Shown: positions 52,430 to 63,676 of the stretch, piece after piece
How positions within the stretch are numbered: position 1 is the stretch's first letter
Layout of the letters: the number at the start of each line of letters is the position of its first letter
Source: Candidatus Marinacidobacterales bacterium
GTDB lineage: Bacteria; Acidobacteriota; Vicinamibacteria; Marinacidobacterales; SMYC01
DNA length: 64,000 nucleotides
Direction of reading: 5' to 3'
NCBI GenBank assembly: GCA_965237955.1
Contig: OZ250169.1
Coordinates: 7,744,001-7,808,000, forward strand
Translations under genes and position numbers: made by a program
The notes under the pieces: model-generated
Database searches by the model: none
Told to the model about the DNA's origin: nothing
What the model saw: the letters and a program-made list of their open reading frames with translations, nothing else

Positions 52430-53284
52430 AAGAACGTCACCATCGACGGCCTGGATATCTTCTACCGCGAAGCAGGACCGAAGGGTGCACCAACCGTGTT
52501 GCTGCTACACGGTTTCCCCACTTCCTCGCACATGTTCCGTAACCTGATTCCGGCGCTATCCGACCGCTATCACGTCGTCGCGCCTGATTACCCCGGTTAT
52601 GGCAACAGCTCGATGCCCGCGCTCGACGCGTTCGACTACACGTTCGACCGGATGGCGGAGATCATCGAAGCGTTGACGGTCGAGCTCGAGCTCGACTCCT
52701 ACAGCATTTACCTGATGGACTACGGCGCACCTATCGGGTATCGGCTTGCCGCGAAATATCCCGAGCGCGTCGATACCCTCATCGTCCAAAACGGCAACGC
52801 TTACGACGAGGGGCTCCGTGAGTTCTGGGATCCAATCAAAGCTTATTGGAAGAACAAAACGCCGGAGAACGCGGATCAGCTGAGGGGGCTCCTCACGCTC
52901 GATGCCACCAAATGGCAGTACACCCACGGAATACGCAACCAGGAGGTCATTAGTCCGGACAATTGGAACATGGACCAAAGCTTGTTGGATCGCCCGGGAA
53001 ACCAGGAGATTCAATTGGCGATGTTCTACGACTACGGTAGCAATCCACCGCTCTATCCTGAATGGCAAGCCTACTTTCGCGAGCACCAGCCGCCGACGTT
53101 GGTGGTCTGGGGCAAAAACGATCCGATCTTTCCAGCGGAAGGCGCGCATCCCTACAAGCGAGATTTGAAGAACCTGGAGTTTCACCTCCTGGATACCGGC
53201 CACTTTGCGCTCGAAGAAGACGGGGCCGTTATCGCTCAGCTGATACGGGATTTCCTCGAGAGGAATCTAGGGACTGGAAGTTGA
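52427..53284 (+). CDS. Alpha/beta hydrolase (epoxide hydrolase-like), 5' end cut by the IS
   Basis: IFYREAG, LLHGFP, MDYGA, GHFALE. The coding region begins at the IS end. Confidence 0.85.
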   Translation, partial: HKNVTIDGLDIFYREAGPKGAPTVLLLHGFPTSSHMFRNLIPALSDRYHVVAPDYPGYGNSSMPALDAFDYTFDRMAEIIEALTVELELDSYSIYLMDYGAPIGYRLAAKYPERVDTLIVQNGNAYDEGLREFWDPIKAYWKNKTPENADQLRGLLTLDATKWQYTHGIRNQEVISPDNWNMDQSLLDRPGNQEIQLAMFYDYGSNPPLYPEWQAYFREHQPPTLVVWGKNDPIFPAEGAHPYKRDLKNLEFHLLDTGHFALEEDGAVIAQLIRDFLERNLGTGS

Positions 53285-53362
53285 CACTCGAATCGTAAAG
53301 ACGATCTCAATGTGCGCGGCGTGCTCCCGTAACGGGCCGCCGCGACATTTTTCTGGAGAAGG

Positions 53363-54031
53363 GTGATGGTAACGAGAAACGAAGCTGACGGAGAAATCCT
53401 CTCGGTAAACGTGGGTGCAGTGCGCGAGTTCGAATACAACGGGCGGATCGTGAAAAGCGGGATCTGGAAATTCCCGGTGTCGAGGCGCGTCATGGTCAGA
53501 GGTGTGAATCTCGACGGAGACGATCAAGCCGATCGCGGCGTGCACGGTGGTCCGGACAAAGCCGTTTATGTCTACGCCGTCGAGGATCAGAGGTGGTGGC
53601 AAGGCGAAATCGACCACGCTTTGCAATACGGTGAGGTCGGGGAGAACCTGACCACGCGCGGGATCGATGTCACCGGCGCTCTTGTCGGCGAGCGGTGGCG
53701 GATCGGAAGCTGCCTTTTCGAAGTATCGGAGCCGCGGGTTCCATGCTGGAAGCTCGGGGCGCGTATGGGAGATCCGCGCTTTCCCAAGCGCTTCGCGGAG
53801 GCAGGCAGGCCGGGCACCTACCTCCGTATCATCGAAGAAGGTGACATCGGCACGGGAGACGAGATTCGAGTCGTCGCTCGGCCAGAGCGCGGCGTTTCTA
53901 TCGGAGACGTTGTTCGCATCTACACCCGCGACCAGCATGAGGCGACGCGGCTTCTGGCGGTGCCCAAGTTGCCCGACGCCTGGGTCGAGTGGGCGAGGCG
54001 AATGTCGAGAGCGAAGCTTATTCTCGGTTGA
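53363..54031 (+). CDS. MOSC domain protein (YiiM-like)
   Basis: GDDQAD..HGGPDKAV, GENLT, PRVPCWKL. Confidence 0.9.
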   Translation: MMVTRNEADGEILSVNVGAVREFEYNGRIVKSGIWKFPVSRRVMVRGVNLDGDDQADRGVHGGPDKAVYVYAVEDQRWWQGEIDHALQYGEVGENLTTRGIDVTGALVGERWRIGSCLFEVSEPRVPCWKLGARMGDPRFPKRFAEAGRPGTYLRIIEEGDIGTGDEIRVVARPERGVSIGDVVRIYTRDQHEATRLLAVPKLPDAWVEWARRMSRAKLILG

Positions 54032-54100
54032 CGTGGCGTTGCTCGGTCCCGATGAATGTAGACGGAGTAATGTGGCCCCACGAGAGGGACATGCGGGCGG

Positions 54101-55510
54101 TTAGGGCGATGGCCCTAGCCGCTCAGGCGTGCGCATACGGCGTTCGAGACGTTGCCGACGATGTGCGAACGCTTCGCGCCATTTGATTCGAAATGCGAGG
54201 GTTAAATCGTAGTTTTCTTCGAGTCTCGCGAGTGCTCGATCGCAGAGCTCCACGCCGTCGGCGAAATCACCGTCACGGTGCTCCGCCACCATCGCGAGCT
54301 CGTGCAATGCGTAAACGGACTCGAACGTGTTCTCGTCTATGAGCTCGTGCCAGATCGCTCGAGCATCGTCGAGATCACCGCGGCGTTTGTGTTGGTCGGC
54401 AAGTGCTTTGAGTGCGCGTCGCCGCGCGGCGCCGGTGACGCCGGCTTCCACGGCGCGCCTGTAGTGGAGCATGGAGCGCTCCGGCTGATCTGAGCGCTCG
54501 AACAAACGACCGAGGCTGACGTCGTCGAGGGGATCGTCAGGGACGTGGTCTTCGTCGAGCAGATCCGATGCGCATATCGTCAGCGCGGCCAGGGAGAGAA
54601 TGTCGTGGCGGTTGTGATGGAAGACGTTGTTGATCCGGGAGGCATCGCCCGTTCGCACGAAACGAAAATACAGATCCGGGATCAAATGACCGGGAACGTC
54701 GTCTTCGCGCTCGAGTCCGAGCAAGCGGTACTCGAGCTCCATGAGCCGGCAGCTCTCGATACGAGCTTTCCACAAGCTCCGCGCCGGATGCAGGAGATCG
54801 AAATGGAGCATGCGTTCGAACGACAACCGCTGTCGCGCGAGGACGAAGCGCGACTCGAGCAAGGGAATATCGAACGTCTTGCCGTTATAGCTCACGAGGA
54901 CGTCGTAGCGTGACAGAAGCTCCCGGAGCTCGTGCAGCATCGCCGCCTCGTCGCCGTAATCCCGCATGAAGAGTTGCCGCACGACGAAGCTGTCGTCTTC
55001 GACGAAGCCGAGCCCGACGAGAAATGCACACGTTCCCGATCCGCCCGCGAGCCCGGTAGTCTCGGTGTCGATAAAAAGAGCGCGTTCGAGATCGATTTCG
55101 AAACTATCGTCACCTCCCGATAGCAACGAGAACGCTTCACGGGGAACGTTTCTCAACCGCTCGAGCGGCATCCGCCCCTGGCAGTGGCTGAGCGGGAACA
55201 CGTGGTCGACGCGGTAGAAGCTCCCGAAATCGTTCTCGACTTCCTCGCCTGCGACGGCCTCGCTCAGCGCGAGCTTGGGTCCGGTTTCGCGTTGCGGTGT
55301 TTTCTGGGGGCGCGCTTTCGTTCTCGCCACGAGTCGCTCGAGGCGCTCTTTGACGGAAAGGTCGCCATCCGCGGGTGCGTCGTCTCCGAGAACTTCCTGC
55401 TCGAGCCGGTGGAGGGAGTCTTTTGACGAAACCGTCGGAGCAGAAGTGCGGGACGGAGATGGCGGTGGGAAGAGTCGCTCGAGCTTCGCGCGCGTGGAGT
55501 TTTCGCTCAT
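54101..55510 (-). CDS. mrfB: YprB/MrfB-like RNase H-fold exonuclease with TPR-like tail
   Basis: FIDTETTG, YNGKTFD, HFDLLH, HNRHD. ATGA overlap with the helicase. Confidence 0.8.
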   Translation of the reverse strand: MSENSTRAKLERLFPPPSPSRTSAPTVSSKDSLHRLEQEVLGDDAPADGDLSVKERLERLVARTKARPQKTPQRETGPKLALSEAVAGEEVENDFGSFYRVDHVFPLSHCQGRMPLERLRNVPREAFSLLSGGDDSFEIDLERALFIDTETTGLAGGSGTCAFLVGLGFVEDDSFVVRQLFMRDYGDEAAMLHELRELLSRYDVLVSYNGKTFDIPLLESRFVLARQRLSFERMLHFDLLHPARSLWKARIESCRLMELEYRLLGLEREDDVPGHLIPDLYFRFVRTGDASRINNVFHHNRHDILSLAALTICASDLLDEDHVPDDPLDDVSLGRLFERSDQPERSMLHYRRAVEAGVTGAARRRALKALADQHKRRGDLDDARAIWHELIDENTFESVYALHELAMVAEHRDGDFADGVELCDRALARLEENYDLTLAFRIKWREAFAHRRQRLERRMRTPERLGPSP

Positions 55511-57897
55511 GAAGCGGCTAGCCGCTCGAGGATGGCGAGCGCCATTTCCTTGCCGCGGATGCCGACTTCGCCTACCGGACCGACGCATGCCGGGCAGCCT
55601 TCGTGGCAGGGGCAGCTTTCGATGAGCGTCTTGGCGTCGGCGACGAGGCGCGGATGAAGATTGTAAAGCGGCTCGGAAAAGCCAATACCTCCCGGGTAGT
55701 TGTCGTAGAGAAAGATGTTGGGCTCATAGGATGGGCCTATCGGCTCGGAAGGCGCCTGTCCGCCCGGTCCCGACCGCTTGAAGCCCCGCTCCACCGATGC
55801 GGTCCCTTGTGAGTTGTCGCCGAGCGCGACGCCGATGTCGGAGCGATCGCACATGAGGAAGAGCATTGCGATCGTCTTCAACGTGTTCGCGAGGCCGATG
55901 ACCCCGTCGCGTTTGTCTTCAGAGGTGGGGGAGCTGGCGGGGAGCGACGCCATGACCTCGCGGGGTACGGTGAGCCAGTACGACGTGGTGTGCATCTCGA
56001 GCTCGGGCATGTCGAGCTCGCCCGAGCCGACGTTCTCGAGCGTGTAGAACTTGACCTTCTTGAACCCCACGACCTGAGAGACGACGTGCACTTCGCCGTG
56101 GGAGCGCTCGCCCTCGAGAACTTTCGACGAGCCAAACCGATCGAGGATGTTGACTTTCGTGTAGGTGATCGCGTCGGTGAAATAATCGCTCTCCCACTGT
56201 CGCACGCTGGCGCGCCGCTCGTCGTAGTCGAATGACTCGACGAAGTACTGTTGCCCCTCGAGGATATAGATGGCCTTCGGGTGCAGCGTCGAATGGGCGC
56301 TGACGAAATCGACTTCGGCGATGACTTTGGGCTCCCGCGTTTCGTCGTAAACGACGAAGTTGTCTGAGCTCACCGAGCGCAGGCTCACGCTGTCGGCTGG
56401 ATAGGAATCGCTCGTCCAGTGCCAGCGGTCGTTCGATTGGTGGATGACCTCGTGCTCTTCGAGAAACGAAAGGATCTCCGCGAGGTTTTCTGCGCCGAAG
56501 CTCTCGCCCTTCTGAAACGGGAGCTCGAACGCGGCGCATTTCACGTGGTCGACGAGGATCGACAGGTTGTCCGGGTTGATGAGGCCGTGCTCGGGCGAGC
56601 CGGAGAAAAAATACTCCGGATGATTGACGATGAACTGGTTGAGTGGGTTGGAGTTTGCGATGAAGACGGCGACGGAAACGCCGGTTCTCCTTCCCGCACG
56701 CCCCGCCTGTTGCCACGTCGATGCGATAGTTCCCGGATAGCCGGAGATGACGGCCACGTCGAGTGCGCCGATGTCGATCCCGAGCTCGAGCGCGTTCGTC
56801 GAGACCACGCCGAGTACGGTGCCCGCTCGCAGACCGGCTTCGATTTCGCGCCGTTTCTTGGGGAGGTACCCGCCCCGGTAACCTCTGATAATGTCGCGGC
56901 TCTGGACGTTTTGCTCGATCTCGTTCTTTAGATAGGTGACGAGGACTTCCGTGTTCAAGCGGCTCGTCGTGAACACGATCGTCTGGAGCCCGCGTTTCAG
57001 AAACGATCCGGCGATGCGGCGTGTCTCGTTGATGTAGGAGCGGCGGATGCCGAGCTCGGGGTTCACCACCGGCGGGTTGTAGAAAACGAAGTACTTCTCG
57101 CCGCGAGGCGCACCGCTCCTGTCGATGAGATGGGCCGGGCTCGCGATGAGCTCTTCGGTCAGCTCCTTGGGGTTCGCGATCGTGGCCGACGAGCAGATGA
57201 ACTGCGGGTTGGCGCCATAGAAGTGACAGACGCGACGGAGTCGTCGCAAGATGTTCGCGAGATGCGAGCCGAAGACGCCGCGGTACGCGTGCACCTCGTC
57301 GATCACGATGTAGCGAAGGTTCTCGAAGAGCTTCACCCATTTCGGGTGGTGCGGCAGGATGCCGCTGTGCAGCATGTCGGGGTTGGTGACGACGAGGTGT
57401 CCGCGGGCGCGGATGGCCTTGCGCGCGTCCTGGGGTGTGTCCCCGTCGTAGGTGAACGTTCGGATGTCACAACCGATGTCCCCTAGGTCTTGGATGAGCC
57501 CGTGGAGCTCCGAGAGCTGGTCCTGTGACAACGCCTTCGTGGGGAAGAGATACAAGGCGCGCGTTTCCGGTTCTTCGAGGACGCGGTTCAGAATCGGCAG
57601 GTTGTAGCAAAGTGTCTTCCCCGAGGCCGTGGGCGTGACCACGACGACGTTGTCGCCCTCCGAGACTTTCTCGAACGCCTCGCGCTGGTGGGCGTAGAGG
57701 CGGTCGATGCCGCGGCGCCTGAGCGCGTCGACGAGCTCCGGACGCAAATCGTCGGGAAAGTCTGCAAAATGAGCGGGACGCGGAGGAAAATGCCGCAGCG
57801 CGGTGACCGTCGGCAGGCGCCCCGAATCGCCCTTCAGTTCGTCAATGACTTTCTGAAGAGCGCTCCCCCGGTCCGCCGGCGCCAAGATCTGCGTCAT
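55507..57897 (-). CDS. mrfA: YprA/MrfA-like DEAH helicase with DUF1998
   Basis: TPTASGKT, DEVH, SAT, QQAGRAGRR, CPCHEGCPAC. Confidence 0.85.
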   Translation of the reverse strand: MTQILAPADRGSALQKVIDELKGDSGRLPTVTALRHFPPRPAHFADFPDDLRPELVDALRRRGIDRLYAHQREAFEKVSEGDNVVVVTPTASGKTLCYNLPILNRVLEEPETRALYLFPTKALSQDQLSELHGLIQDLGDIGCDIRTFTYDGDTPQDARKAIRARGHLVVTNPDMLHSGILPHHPKWVKLFENLRYIVIDEVHAYRGVFGSHLANILRRLRRVCHFYGANPQFICSSATIANPKELTEELIASPAHLIDRSGAPRGEKYFVFYNPPVVNPELGIRRSYINETRRIAGSFLKRGLQTIVFTTSRLNTEVLVTYLKNEIEQNVQSRDIIRGYRGGYLPKKRREIEAGLRAGTVLGVVSTNALELGIDIGALDVAVISGYPGTIASTWQQAGRAGRRTGVSVAVFIANSNPLNQFIVNHPEYFFSGSPEHGLINPDNLSILVDHVKCAAFELPFQKGESFGAENLAEILSFLEEHEVIHQSNDRWHWTSDSYPADSVSLRSVSSDNFVVYDETREPKVIAEVDFVSAHSTLHPKAIYILEGQQYFVESFDYDERRASVRQWESDYFTDAITYTKVNILDRFGSSKVLEGERSHGEVHVVSQVVGFKKVKFYTLENVGSGELDMPELEMHTTSYWLTVPREVMASLPASSPTSEDKRDGVIGLANTLKTIAMLFLMCDRSDIGVALGDNSQGTASVERGFKRSGPGGQAPSEPIGPSYEPNIFLYDNYPGGIGFSEPLYNLHPRLVADAKTLIESCPCHEGCPACVGPVGEVGIRGKEMALAILERLAAS

Positions 57898-57922
57898 CGT
57901 GTTGGGGGAGTGTATATCAATG

Positions 57923-58057
57923 CAGCATCCAGCATCCAGCATTCAGCATTCAGCAATCAGTTCAATTCAAGCAGTGCTGCTATCGAGCCCGGCGTCGTGC
58001 GCGAGCTCGAGCGTCGGTTCGTGGCACGGCGCTCAGCGACTGGATGCTGGATGCTGG
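57923..58057. repeat. Heptamer tandem repeats (CAGCATY) with inverted copies
   Basis: Five units at 57923-57957 and complementary GATGCTG units at 58043-58056. Confidence 0.8.
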
Positions 58058-58142
58058 TATGATACACATCCTGTTGAACTTGTGGCGAATCAAAGTTAGA
58101 CTAATAGATTCAGTCCAAATCTCGGCCGAAAGGTAAACCTCG

Positions 58143-59480
58143 TTGGTCCTTTTCAATTACGCGCTCAAGGAGCTGACCGCCAAGATCGTGTATTACGGTC
58201 CCGGTCTTTCCGGCAAGACGACCAACTTGCAGTACATCCACGAAGAGCTCCCCATCAAGAACAAGGGACGCATGCTCACCTTGGCCACCGAGACGGATCG
58301 GACGCTCTACTTCGACTTTCTGCCGGTGGATGCCGGCATCGTGCGCGGGATCAAAACCAGCGTGCAGCTCTACACGGTCCCGGGGCAAGTCTTCTACAAC
58401 GCAACGCGGAGGATGGTGCTCAAAGGCGCGGACGGCGTGGTCCTCGTCGCCGATTCGCAACAGAGCATGATGGAGGCGAACTTGGAGAGCCTCGAGAACC
58501 TTCGCGAGAACCTGATGGCCCACGATCTCAAGCTCGAAGACATGCCGATGGTCATGCAGTTCAACAAGCGTGACCTGGAGGATATCGGCACGATCGAAGC
58601 GATGAACGACGAGATCAACACCATGAACGTGCCTTTCTATGAAGCGGTGGCCAAAGACGGCATCGGCGTCGAAGAGACGCTCCAAGCGATCAGCGGCCTC
58701 GTGCTCAAGTCGGTGATCGATCGCTATGGTGGTGATCGCGGCATGAGCCCGATGGGCGGCAGGTTGGGGAAGGCGAACGATCCATCGCAAACCGATCCCG
58801 AGGCCCTCGTGTCTGCTACCGCAGCGCGAGGTGGCGCGAAGGAGGCTCAGGTCGGTCAACTCGGCGGAAGCGGCCGCGGCCGCGGCCGAACGCGCACCAA
58901 AGGCATTCACGCCCAGACGGCCAGCAACTGGCCGGTTTCGGAGGAAGATAACGTGGCTTCTGACGATGAAAAGCCCGTCGAGTCTTTCGAGGACTTGAAC
59001 ATTGAAGGCATACTCGACGATGCCTTGAAATTGGATGTGCCGGACAGCCCGCCGCCGAAAGCGCCGACTCCGAGCGCGGCGGTGGACACGGACTCGATGT
59101 TCTCCGGACTTCTCGAGGAAGCGCTCGGCGCCCAGAAAACGGACTCCATCCTCGATAGTGCCTTCGGCGTGGACGAGACGCCGTCCCAGGGTCCGTCCAC
59201 GGAGCCGCCTGTGGGTGGAAGTCTCGACGCTTCCGACCCGATTCGCGACATCGAAGCCGAGCTCATGGGAGACGATCTCGAGCCCGTCGCAGATGGATCA
59301 CAACTGAGCGAGCTCATCAAAACCAGGGTGTCGATCCCCACCGACAAAGTCACGACCACCCCACCAGAGTCCGCCAAGTCGTCGGGCCCGAAGCGCGTCG
59401 AAGTGCCGGTCACGATCCAAATCGACGGCACCGAACAGGAGATCGAGCTTCTCCTGAAGATCACGTTCAAGAAGAAGTAA
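58143..59480 (+). CDS. mglA: MglA-family small GTPase with long acidic C-terminal extension
   Basis: KIVYYGPGLSGKTTN, DRTLYFD, TVPGQ, NKRD. Confidence 0.85.
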   Translation: MVLFNYALKELTAKIVYYGPGLSGKTTNLQYIHEELPIKNKGRMLTLATETDRTLYFDFLPVDAGIVRGIKTSVQLYTVPGQVFYNATRRMVLKGADGVVLVADSQQSMMEANLESLENLRENLMAHDLKLEDMPMVMQFNKRDLEDIGTIEAMNDEINTMNVPFYEAVAKDGIGVEETLQAISGLVLKSVIDRYGGDRGMSPMGGRLGKANDPSQTDPEALVSATAARGGAKEAQVGQLGGSGRGRGRTRTKGIHAQTASNWPVSEEDNVASDDEKPVESFEDLNIEGILDDALKLDVPDSPPPKAPTPSAAVDTDSMFSGLLEEALGAQKTDSILDSAFGVDETPSQGPSTEPPVGGSLDASDPIRDIEAELMGDDLEPVADGSQLSELIKTRVSIPTDKVTTTPPESAKSSGPKRVEVPVTIQIDGTEQEIELLLKITFKKK

Positions 59481-59610
59481 TCAGCATCCAGCATCTAGTC
59501 GCGGTGTTCACGCTGCGCGCTCACGCTCACTCGACAAGAGGGCTCCAGTCAACCGGTGCCGTCCGGTGTTCAGCTGGTTGCAACCGAATGCCGAATGCAG
59601 GATGCTGAAT
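59481..59610. repeat. Second heptamer repeat cluster
   Basis: CAGCATCCAGCATC at 59482-59495 and GAATGCCGAATGCAGGATGCTGAAT near 59587-59610. Confidence 0.65.
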
Positions 59611-59672
59611 CGTCCGCATTCGGGCTCCTTCGAGGGAATGAGATGTGAGCGCGAAGCGCGAACAATGCTGAA

Positions 59673-61031
59673 ATGACGCGCGTCCTGATCGTCGACGATG
59701 AAGCCGGGTCTCGGCAGGGGCTGTCCGAGCTCGTGTGCAGCTGGGGTTACCAGACCGACACCGCAGCCGATGGCGTTGAAGGTCTGGAGAAAACCGACAC
59801 GTTTCGCCCCCAGGTGGTGATCGCGGATCTCGTCATGCCCCGCATGGACGGGCTCGGCTTGCTCACCGGCCTCGCGCCCGAGCTCGATCGCCTCGCGGTC
59901 GTCATGTTGACTGCCAAAGGGAGCATCGCGACCGCCGTGGAGGCGATGAAAAAGGGCGCGTTCGACTACCTGACCAAGCCCGTCGACACCGGACAGCTCC
60001 GCCAAGTGCTCGAGCGCGCGCTCGAGCGCACGGCAGCTTATGAAGAGGTCGCGCGCTACCAGAGACGACTCGCCGAAAACGGACGCTTCGGGGGCATCGT
60101 GGGGATGAGCGCGTCGATGAAAAAGCTCTACGAGCTGATGAGCCAAGTCGCACCTTCTCGGGCGTCGGTGCTCGTGGTCGGCGAGTCGGGGACGGGTAAA
60201 GAGATGGTAGCGCGCACGCTCCATGATTTGTCCCCTCACAAAGACGGCGAGTTCGTCGCGGTGAACTGCGCCGCGATTCCGGAGACGCTGCTCGAAAGCG
60301 AGATCTTCGGTCACGAGCGAGGTTCGTTCACCGGCGCCGAAAGTAGACGTCGAGGACTTTTCGAGCTCGCCGACGGCGGTTCGCTCTTTCTCGACGAAGT
60401 AGCGGAGATGGCGCCGGCAACGCAGGTGAAGCTCCTTCGCGTTCTCGAAGAGCGGAGTTTCCGCCGGCTCGGCGGCACCGAAGAGATTCGTGTCGACGTG
60501 CGAGTTCTCGCGGCGACCAATCGCGATCCCAAAGAAGCGCTCGATGAAGGCCATTTGCGGGAAGACCTCTACTACCGCCTCAACGTCTTCACGATCGAGC
60601 TCCCTCCACTGCGCGAGCGCCTCGACGATGTGCGCCTCGTCGTCGAATCCTTCATCCAAGACTTCAACGAGCGTGATGGGAAATCACTCCGCGGTATCGA
60701 TGAAGACGCTCTGGTGGCGCTCAAGTCCTACCGCTGGCCCGGGAACGTGCGCGAGCTCCGGAACGTCGTCGAACGAGCCGTGATCGTCGCGCGAGGGGAT
60801 ATGGTGACGCGGCAAGATCTACCTCCTTCGGTCACCGAGCCGAAGCGTATGCCGGGCGCCGCCGATGGAGTGGAGCTTCCCGTCGGCACCACGGTAGAGC
60901 AAGCCGAGAAGAACCTGATCTTGAAGACGCTGGACGCGACGGGACAAAATAAGACGCGCGCCGCTGACATACTAGGGATCAGTCTCAAGACGCTCCACAA
61001 CAAGCTCAAGAAGTACCGCGAGTCGTCTTGA
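59673..61031 (+). CDS. Sigma54-dependent response regulator (NtrC/AtoC family)
   Basis: Receiver domain, GESGTGKE, GSFTGA, WPGNVREL, Fis-type HTH. Confidence 0.95.
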   Translation: MTRVLIVDDEAGSRQGLSELVCSWGYQTDTAADGVEGLEKTDTFRPQVVIADLVMPRMDGLGLLTGLAPELDRLAVVMLTAKGSIATAVEAMKKGAFDYLTKPVDTGQLRQVLERALERTAAYEEVARYQRRLAENGRFGGIVGMSASMKKLYELMSQVAPSRASVLVVGESGTGKEMVARTLHDLSPHKDGEFVAVNCAAIPETLLESEIFGHERGSFTGAESRRRGLFELADGGSLFLDEVAEMAPATQVKLLRVLEERSFRRLGGTEEIRVDVRVLAATNRDPKEALDEGHLREDLYYRLNVFTIELPPLRERLDDVRLVVESFIQDFNERDGKSLRGIDEDALVALKSYRWPGNVRELRNVVERAVIVARGDMVTRQDLPPSVTEPKRMPGAADGVELPVGTTVEQAEKNLILKTLDATGQNKTRAADILGISLKTLHNKLKKYRESS

Positions 61032-61048
61032 GCGCTTAGGAAAAACCC

Positions 61049-62850
61049 GTGGGCTTCCGGGGGAAACAAATCGCGAGCTTGACACTCGTCGCCGCTACCG
61101 TGGCGCTCACGACGAGCCTCGTGAACCTGACTTCACTCGCGCGCCTGACCGTGGCCGAGACCCAATCGCGCGCCACGCTCCTCGCCGAGACGATGTATCA
61201 CCAGGCCGCGCTCGTCATCCGCCAGAACCCGCGGGAAGCAATTCGCGGGGCGCTCGCTTCTGACGATGCGCTCCGGAACTACGCAGAGGGCGTGGTCGGC
61301 TACTCCGCGACGACGATGTACGTCGCGGTCACCGACCGGGACGGGTTCGCACTCGTTCACAGCAACCCACTCGAGCTCGGGGACAAGCTCACGCGAGCGC
61401 CCTCACTCGAGAGCTTCGTCGAACAGAACCCGCTCGCCCAACTGTGGTCGTTGAGGCGAGGCCACAGCGTGCTCGAAGTGGCCATGCCGTTCGAAGTCGA
61501 TGGCGAGCCTTTCGGTGATGTGCGTGTCGCTATCTCGACCCTGTTTCTGAAGGAAGAGATCTGGGGCGCGGTGACCCAGAACGTTCTACTCGCGACCGGG
61601 GCGGTGCTCGCCGCGTTCCTTGCGTCACTGTTTTTCGCCAACTGGCTGCTCGCACCTATCGAAATGCTCCGCCGCGAGTTCGGTCGCATCCGTCCCGGGC
61701 ATGGGGAGCCACCGCTCGACTTGAGAAACGAAGCGGACGTGAGCCGCGTCGCCGAGTTCTTCGCGTCGATGAGCCAAAAGATCGATGTCGAGCGCGGTGC
61801 GCGCGACGACGAATCGAGTTGGCTATCCACTATGCTCGGCGGACTTTCCGACGCTGTCCTCGTCGTGAGCGGTGAAGGGCGTGTGCTCTCATTGAACGAA
61901 CCGGCCGAAGAGCTTCTCGAGCGACGCCGCGAAGATCTCCAGGGACGGCGGCTTTCGGAGTTACTTGCGGGGGACCACCCCATCGCGGATATCGTGTCGC
62001 AGGCACTCGCGAACGGCGAGGCCATCGGCCCACGCGATGCGAAAATCGCGCACGGTGGAAGCCCGGTCGTCTATGCGCTCACCGCGCAAGTATTGCGCGA
62101 CGAGAGCGGCGTCTCCGGCGTCATGGTGAGCGCACGCGACATGGAGCAGCTCTCGCGCGACTCGGCTCGCACCTGTCGTACGCGCAAAAGCTCGCGGCGC
62201 TCGGAAAGTTCACGTCCGGCGTGGCTCACGAGATCAAAAACACGCTCAATGCGATGGTGATCCACGTCGCGCTTCTTCGCGAGCGTCTCGCGCGTGCATC
62301 ACCGGAGACGCAAGCGTCACTCGATACGCTGGAGCGAGAAATTCGGAGACTCGATCAAGTCATTCAAGGGTTTTTGCGGTTCACACGACCCGAGGATCTT
62401 CAGCTGACGTCCATTCCGCTGAGAGAGCTGTTCGACCAAGTCGAGAGGCTTGTCTCCGCTGAAGCGAAAGCGAGCGGGATCGAGATCGCGACCGAAGTGG
62501 CCGAGGATCTTCCGCCCGTCTACGGAGACCGTGAGTTGTTGCAACAGGTCTTTTTGAATCTGGTGCGAAACGCCGAAGAGGCGATGCCCCGAGGTGGTCG
62601 CGTCGCGCTCGCTGCCGCGCGCGTGGATGAGGGCCTCGAGATCGTGATCGAGGATTCAGGCGTCGGGATCGAGCCGGAGCTCCTCGACAAGATCTTCGAT
62701 CTGTATGTAACCACGAAGAGCAAGGGGAGCGGCATTGGTCTGTCGATGGTGTACCGGATCGTGCAACTCCACGGTGGCGAAATCACGGTAGAATCGGAGA
62801 AGGGGGAAGGAGCGCGCTTTACCATCCTGCTGCCGGATGTGCCGGCGTGA
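61049..62850 (+). CDS. Membrane PAS histidine kinase (frameshift at ~62155)
   Basis: Two TM segments, PAS, AHEIKN, NLVRNA, DSGVG, GSGIGL. Removing an extra CG joins the halves. Confidence 0.85.
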
Positions 62851-62888
62851 TGCTCCATCCCTCTCATGTGAACTGCGTGCCGAAACGA

Positions 62889-63434
62889 ATGAGGGGTTTT
62901 TGTCTTTCGTGCGCAGGGCTCCTGTTCGGGCTTCTTTCCGCCAGCGGCTGTTGGAAAGAGGTCAAGGCGGAGTTCCCGCGCCCGCCCGCGACCGCCGCGA
63001 TTCCGCCTTCGGAGCAATCCGAGCCGGCGCCGGAGCTGCCGCTGGAGCTCGTCGTCGATAGCGAGCCAGAGCCGGAGCCCGAGCCCGAAATCGACGAGCC
63101 AGAGCCGGAGCCGCCCAAACCGTCCCCACCCCCGGTGGCGGCCGAGCCGGTCGAAGAGACGCCCCTCGAGCCGCCCTCGACTCAGCTCGCGAGTGCCGTG
63201 GACGGGGCGGTCGACCCCGAGGTGCAATCGAAGCTGGAGCAGGCTGGGTCGCTCCTGAGCTCGGTCGGAGGGCGCGAGCTTTCTCAGGGGCAGGGCGAGC
63301 AGGTTGCTGCTGCGCGAGGGTTCGTAGCCCACGCACAGCGGGCTCTCGACGAAGGGGATGAGCGACGGGCCCTGGTCCTGATCGACAAAGGTCTCATCCT
63401 CGCGGAGGACGTGGAGCGGACGAGTAGACCCTAA
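62889..63434 (+). CDS. Pro/Glu-rich lipoprotein
   Basis: SASG-C lipobox-like leader, EPEPEP linker, helical C-terminus. Confidence 0.7.
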   Translation: MRGFCLSCAGLLFGLLSASGCWKEVKAEFPRPPATAAIPPSEQSEPAPELPLELVVDSEPEPEPEPEIDEPEPEPPKPSPPPVAAEPVEETPLEPPSTQLASAVDGAVDPEVQSKLEQAGSLLSSVGGRELSQGQGEQVAAARGFVAHAQRALDEGDERRALVLIDKGLILAEDVERTSRP

Positions 63435-63469
63435 AATAGTCGCACCAACGAAGTTGGTGCTCCTAATGG

Positions 63470-63676
63470 CCCTCTCCCGCGTGCGGGAGAGGGTCCCGAG
63501 CTCTGGCGATACGAGGGGGGTGAGGGTGCCACCAAATAGCTCGCCGCGACCCGAAGGGTGCCACCATTGGAAGGGAACTTGGAATAATCGAACCTTCGAG
63601 AGAACACGAGTTATGCGATGGCATCCTCACCCGACCTCGCTGCGCTCGGCCACCCTCTCCCGGAGGCGGGAGAGGG
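63470..63676. repeat. REP-like palindromic cluster
   Basis: CCCTCTCCC...GGGAGAGGG hairpins at 63470-63493 and 63653-63676, plus an inner GGGTGAGG/CCTCACCC pair. Confidence 0.8.

Noticed and set aside
54101-57897. DISARM/Druantia-type defence system suggested by the DUF1998 helicase
   Set aside because: Pairing with a YprB-like exonuclease and no methylase or other partners fits the known MrfAB repair pair.
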